Shown: in pieces, positions 37,813 through 43,300 of the stretch
Layout: each line of letters begins with the position of its first letter
How positions within the stretch are numbered: position 1 is the stretch's first letter
From: Blastocystis sp. subtype 4
Lineage: Eukaryota
DNA length: 43,300 nt
Assembly (NCBI RefSeq): GCF_000743755.1
Contig: NW_014569488.1
Location: 1 to 43,300 of the forward strand
Direction of reading: 5' to 3'
Notes under the pieces: model-generated
Told to the model about the DNA's origin: nothing
Seen by the model: the letters and a program-made list of their open reading frames with translations, nothing else
Database searches by the model: none
Program-made: the position numbers and the translations under genes

Positions 37813-39642
37813 ATGTCCGAAGAAAAGATGTAAATGGATTATATACTCCCTCCTTAGTTCATAGTCGCACACGACGTCCTCGTCATGCAACAGAAGAAGA
37901 ACTTCGTTACATCTTGCAAATTCAAGGAGTTTTGAACAATACTTCGGATCTTGAGGAGAAACGAATCCTTATTAACAATATTAACGAAGAGTTGCGAGGT
38001 ACTGAAGTAAGTTTGGCATCGAATAAGAAATCGAGTTTTGTAATCCAGTCAATTCTTGAAAGTTGCAGTCGAGATCAGATTCGCCTCTTCTTGTCGTATT
38101 CGAAGGGTAAGACTGGTATTTCGTTCATAATGACGTAGATTTTGCTGTTCATATGTTTACTCAAACGTATGCTTCGCATGTAATGCAAACAGCTCTTCAG
38201 GAGACAAACAAGTATTTGAGTGAGTCATTGGATGAACTAGCAAATCCATTGCAACAACGCCCCGATGGAGAACCTCTTGAGCCATTGAGTACCTTGATCA
38301 ATCTTTTCGTTGAGGGGATTTTGGGTCAACTCACTACAATCTGCACAGATGTGAATGGATCTCATGTACTTCGCTATTTGTTATGTATTTTGATGGGCTG
38401 TCCTCATCGTTATGGAGATATCAAGAAACACACCGAGAAGGGTTCTGTAAAGTCAAAAGTGGTTATTCTCTTCTCTTATTATTTATAGGCAAATCCGATT
38501 CTTGCAGAAGCCTTCGATGAAGCTCGAAGTATGATTCTCTTCGGTATAGCTGAGCTGGAACCAACAGATCGAGAGTATCTTCTCAAGAACAAATACAGCT
38601 GTTTCATTGTTCAACTTCTGATGGCACATCTTCCTCAGGATCAGCGAGAGAAATTGGCTCATATCCTGCTAGAAATTGAGGATGAAGAACGGTCACAACG
38701 TCTTCTCAAAGATCTTATGATTGATGCCAATGGTTCTCGTTCTGCTGAGGTGCTCATTCGAGGATGTTCAGAAGAAACAGTCAACCGTCTCTTTAGCACA
38801 TGTGTTCTACCTCAGCTGTTGGATTACAGTAGCAATCCACGAAGCAATTATGTCGTTCAGATGTTCCTCGCTCGTATTACTGATTCGTCTTTGGTGAAGA
38901 GTGCATTTGAAATATTACGAGATCAATTAGAGATTTTATTTAATTCGAATAATCGCGGTATTTTGCTTCAAATGTTGAATGCATGTCGTCGCACTCATAC
39001 ATATGAGGAAGCGTGTCTAGACTGTGTTATTTCCATTTTGCAGCATGTATTACACTTGGTGACAGATGAGGAGAAATCGATGTCAGTATTTATAGAGAAG
39101 GCGTTAGCGATTGAGAAGGAGGGAGGACGAGTCAAGATCAACGAGTCAAATGCACAGTATATTCTGGAGGGCATGTTGTTGGATGATCCGTATTGCAGTG
39201 TTGTTTGCTTACCATTGTTGAAGCTGTCTGTAGAGACTCTTCTGCGTCTGTTTTTGAGTTGTTCTACAGGAAAACGAATGGTGAATGTGTTGATTGGCAA
39301 GATGTCAAAGGAGGATCAGAATGTATGGAAATCTGTTGTTGTAGGATTGGAATGAGGATATGATTGTAGTCGAAGCTAAAACCTGATGATGCTCCCATTG
39401 TATTGAATAAGGTGAACGAAGAGAAGCAGAAGGAATTAAAAGTGTGCTTGAGTCACTTGCGTTTAGGTACAATGAAATAGGATGAATTGAATGTAGAAAT
39501 GAAGAGAAAGGTGAAAGCAGCCCCATCGGAGAAGAAAGCTAAGAAGGAAAAGAAGGAGAAAAAGTCGAAAAAGGAAAAGGTAACAAAAACTGTCCAAGGA
39601 AAGGCGTTAATTGCTGATGCTGTTCACCTTCTTGGTTATTAA
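37813..39642 (+). CDS. NOP9: Nop9-like Pumilio-repeat nucleolar protein (multi-exon)
   Basis: PUF repeat signatures SSFVIQSIL, YASHVMQTAL, NGSHVLRYLL, NGSRSAEVLI and RSNYVVQMFL, with a Lys-rich tail. Confidence 0.82.
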
Positions 39643-39678
39643 GTCGTTTATAGTTCTGTTGTCGTTACAACAAACAAA

Positions 39679-40209
39679 TTACAACAATCGTGGAAAATCA
39701 AACAGGGAAGCATGTGAGATAGCATATACAGTATTGAAACGACCGAATATAATCAGCTATGGTACAGTTGAATATTTCCTAGAGTTACCAACATACTTGT
39801 CAAGAGTGACAGGGGTGAGAACTGCAGAGGCAATAAAGACACGAGTGTCTTGTACCTCATTACATATAATCCACTTGGCATATGGAACAACAGGTTTTAC
39901 AATAGCTGGAGATGATACATTCTGAAATGAATCATGTGAGGATTCACTATCATCTTTGTCGCCAGTAGTGATAGATAAGTCAGCGTCGATAAAGGAGTCG
40001 CCATGATCTCGTTTATATAAGGGTATATTTGACAATGTTGCTAGGAATCAATATAACATGTAATTCCAACAGTAATATTTCAGTCTCTTCTTGTAGCGGC
40101 ATGGGAGGCACGTCTTGTAATAGAAAGAGGTATTTTCATTACGAAACAAAAGTGAAGGCAAAACAAGTTTACATGAACTGCATTTTCTAGTTCTTAGATC
40201 TTCTCCCAT
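39679..40209 (-). CDS. Small hypothetical protein with an N-terminal CxxC...CxxC motif (3' exon uncertain)
   Basis: MGEDLRTRKCSSCKLVLPSLLFRNENTSFYYKTCLPCRYKK. A 30-nt intron joins it to ORF 39757-40035. TGTTTGTT at 39669-39676. Confidence 0.55.
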
Positions 40210-40519
40210 TGTCAGAGAAAGAAACTGCAGTCAGTGAGAACAATATAATGAACACATTAATGCATGATCATTATTCAATGGATCATTTCCGCGATTCTTC
40301 TGGATTTGTGTATCTTTGTTTCTCAGACGTAAGAGAAGACTATACATATTAAAAATTGCTGATTACCTGATATTACTGGTGAAATAATGGTACAATCAGA
40401 AAATGTGCGGAAATGTGGCTTTTATCCGTATTACTTCTAATCAGGTGAAATTCATTTACCCTTAAGGGAATCACATCCTCTGTTTCCGTACAAAATATGG
40501 AAGGTCCTTAACAAACAAT

Positions 40520-42343
40520 TCATAAAACAACATTAGGTACATTTTGTTCATTCATATACTTATGTGTCTGCATATGACGATTCAGTTCCGATAATGACAC
40601 ATAACTCTACCCATTATTACCGATTCTCAACATCACCTTATCACAAGAAGGAAACGTGCATGCATGTGGTTTCACATCAGTGTGGACACGTAACTTATGA
40701 ATTTTCAAGTCGGTTCTTCGGACAAATGCTTTTTCGCATCCCAATACATCACACTTATATTTCTTATCAATCTAAATATCAATTCAATTACAAATCTCAA
40801 CCTGATGATGGCTCTTTATATGTAATTGCAGACCTCCTTGTGTTGAATACTTCTTACTACAACCAGGGAAAGGACAGGAGTAAGTCTAATCACAATTATT
40901 GGAGAATGAGTACGGTGCTTCGATTATGTGTTTGCTGATGTTGTTTAAGATGCTGCATATCGTAAAAGGCTTTCCCACAATCAGGTTCAGGACATATGAA
41001 ATCTCGACTGCGATGTGTATCATGTGTCCGAAGATGAACATTCAGATTACTACGCCAGTTGAATACTCTATAAATCAGTCTACTAAATCCATTTATACTT
41101 GTTACAGCCAGTCACAGGACATCGATAGGAATGAGATCTACCATGACAGATATCAAACAATAATACCCTGATGAAGATGTCGTTGGCTCAATTTCCGTTA
41201 ATGGAAGGGCATATCTTATTCCGTTTAGAGAAAGTAACTCTTCATGCAATTCTCCTTCCTTTTCAATCAAAGTCTAAGCATCATTCATCCTTATAATCTC
41301 TACAGTAACCTCTGTTGATATCACACGATAAGCATCTTGCAAAGTCGCAATCGTACTCTTCAAATCAAACTTATTCAGTGATAACAGAAGACATGCTAAA
41401 TGTGAAGCGTCTTTCTCTTTGAAAATGTTTCTCATTGCGTTATGACAGTTTTGAGTTCCAATCAATCTCAGGATTGATCCATTCCCAACTTCGTAATTCT
41501 TCTCAATCTCTCTTCTTAAGTGATTATAACGTTGTTCTTCCACTTTCCTGCGTCGTTTGTCTTCAGCTGCTTCATCCACATAAGGTTTCTTTTCTTCGGC
41601 AGACATCTTCGCCCAACGACTTGCTATTGCACTAAATATCTCGCTCTGCTTGGGTTGACCAGGAATACTTGCTCGAACTTCGTTAAATCTGAATATAACG
41701 GAATCATACTTCATACTTACACTTTACGACTGAAACAGATATATGCACTCATAGTACGTTTTGGAGGTTTCAAACTGATTGTAGGAGTGTTAGATGAGAA
41801 CGAATGATGAGTCTGGTAATCCTGGACATCACTCACTGGTTCAACACGATCCATTGCCTATTTATTCAACCCATTTTGTCATATATACCACAAGGCTTAC
41901 TGGCATATCAGGATGAAAGGCCATTCCTTCATTCTACAACTAATGAATCGTACAAAATCGAAACAGTAATAAAGGGATAGGTCACAACAGAAGGACTAAT
42001 GGTGGCATTGACACTTCCATCTGCAGAAATAGTCTGAGAAATTCCTCCGTCTGTATAAGAAATGATATTCATCCCGTTTGGTTGTTGTTGTAGGGGAACA
42101 AGATTAGTCCGTTGTGTTGCTATTCCGTTTCCCATACTGATGGAAATGTTCGGTGGCACTAAATATCACAAATACAGAGAACTATCTACTCATATAAGGC
42201 ATTTGCTCTGGCATCACAACAAGGTGATCTAAATACCATTAGAACAGAAATCCCTAACTCAAAATGGACTTACCAGCGGCATTACTATTTCCCTGCATTT
42301 GTTGGGACAATATGGAACTCTGACCGGAAGAAACTTGATTCAT
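40520..42343 (-). CDS. Transcription factor with one HMG box and five C2H2 zinc fingers (multi-exon)
   Basis: HMG box KPPKRTMSAYICF...SRWAKMSAEEKKPYVDEAAEDKRR. Fingers after splicing: CPVTGC..HLRTH, CPEPDC..HQQTH, CPFPGC..HIKSHH, CDVLGC..HKLRVH and CTFPSC..HMQTH. TGTTTGTT at 40510-40517. Confidence 0.85.
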
Positions 42344-42657
42344 AGATTATTCTACTTAAGAATGAAAGACTCACGGCTATATTTTGAAAACAAGTCGATA
42401 TTGATGGAAATGGATCATTGGACGCTTATTTCATCCCCGCGGGAATTCGAACTACTGTTGTGATTATTCCGTAACCCTATGTCTCCTCATTTTATGGATT
42501 GCAATTAATTATTAGTTGCCATATGATCCAGAAACAGGGATATTACCTTTACACACTGGAATCCTGTAGTTCGATTCTTTGGGATCCCCACAATACTGTT
42601 CCTCTATCTTATTAGTGTTTCTGTTCATATTATTCCGGAATTCTTTTTCCCGTCTCC

Positions 42658-43300
42658 ATGAGTGAAAATACGTCAACTATTGCTCCTGTCGAGTCCAGTA
42701 ATAACAACACTGAAACTAAAGTAGCTGTCCCTTCAGAAGAGAACACTATATCGAAAAGACTGCCTTCTGGCTTCTAGCAGTTACTCTCTTTGTTTGTCTG
42801 ATAGCTAATGGACTCGTAGATACAATAAGGTCTGTAACGTATCCTCTCATGAAAACAGATCTGAATCTAACATATGTAGAGTATGGAGCCCTCGAAAGTA
42901 TGGGTCAATTCTCATATCTCATTTGGGCAATTATGATTCAATATGTTGGATTCAAGACTCCATTTATTCTTGCTTTTGTTGTCAACATTTTGGGTTGTGT
43001 TGGTACTGCTTTCACTGACAAATTCTGGTTAATTATGATCACTCAATTCCTTGGAACGAGTTTAGTTGGAGCATTAGATGATGGTCCTTCTGCTCTTGCT
43101 GTCATTCTCTTCACAAAGAATCCTGCTGGCCTCTATTGTGTTATGTCTGGAATGTATGGTCTGGGTCTTGGTCCTTTGCTATCGGGATGGATTCACCATT
43201 GGAAACCAGAATATTCTTATCATGCTGTTACTCTTCTCATGTGTATTCCAATTGCTTTAATTGGTCTCTATGTTCTTTGCGTTCCTTTCGCAATTCGTCG
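42658..43300 (+). CDS. Major facilitator superfamily transporter, truncated by the window end
   Basis: Successive TM helices FSYLIWAIMIQYVGFKTPFILAFVVNILGCVGTAF..FWLIMITQFLG..MSGMYGLGLGPLLSG. Confidence 0.65.

Noticed and set aside
41152..41165. Apparent fourth poly(A)-completed stop (GGG TA|ttat TGTTTGAT) in the HMG gene
   Set aside because: It lies inside a 29-nt GT-AG intron whose removal continues the frame into five well-formed C2H2 fingers.
40387..41171. Plus-strand ORFs 40564-40938 and 40899-41171 as a separate gene
   Set aside because: They are antisense shadows of the minus-strand zinc-finger exons and have no recognisable motifs.
1..43300. Fragmented ORFs suggesting pseudogenes, frameshifting or a reassigned genetic code
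   Set aside because: Where checked, the breaks are resolved by about 30-nt GT-AG introns, and TAA, TAG and TGA all serve as true stops.
1..43300. Transposons, viral inserts or an operon-like pathway cluster
   Set aside because: No transposase, reverse transcriptase, integrase or terminal repeats seen, and neighbouring genes are functionally unrelated.

Overview
Extremely compact eukaryotic nuclear DNA, AT-rich, with about 24 intron-containing protein genes and 2 tRNA genes. Nearly all introns are GT-AG and about 28-35 nt long, intergenic spacers are tens of bases, and a TGTTTGTT element marks most gene 3' ends. This combination is characteristic of Blastocystis (inference). Gene models were assembled by hand by splicing exons, so some starts and ends are approximate. 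Recognisable genes: Tom1-like VHS-GAT adaptor, GT49 glycosyltransferase, PI31, multi-HMG-box protein, seryl-tRNA synthetase, ALY/REF-like, RING finger, NTE-like patatin, prefoldin 6, fucose mutarotase, multi-PZP chromatin reader, SPEC3/Stum-like, bromodomain protein, DYRK kinase, CCCH-Abitram, SNAPC3, Vps25, Nop9, HMG + C2H2 factor and a partial MFS transporter. The strongest signal is a set of genes (ALY-like, Vps25, SNAPC3) with no usable genomic stop codon: each ends in an in-frame TA exactly 4 nt before the TGTTTGT(T/G) element, so polyadenylation would complete UAA. That mechanism is already described for Blastocystis. Possibly undescribed features: an 18-bp palindrome holding both stops and both 3'-end elements of a convergent pair, Vps25 running in frame into Nop9, tRNA genes 11-24 nt upstream of same-strand start codons, and several unusual domain architectures.
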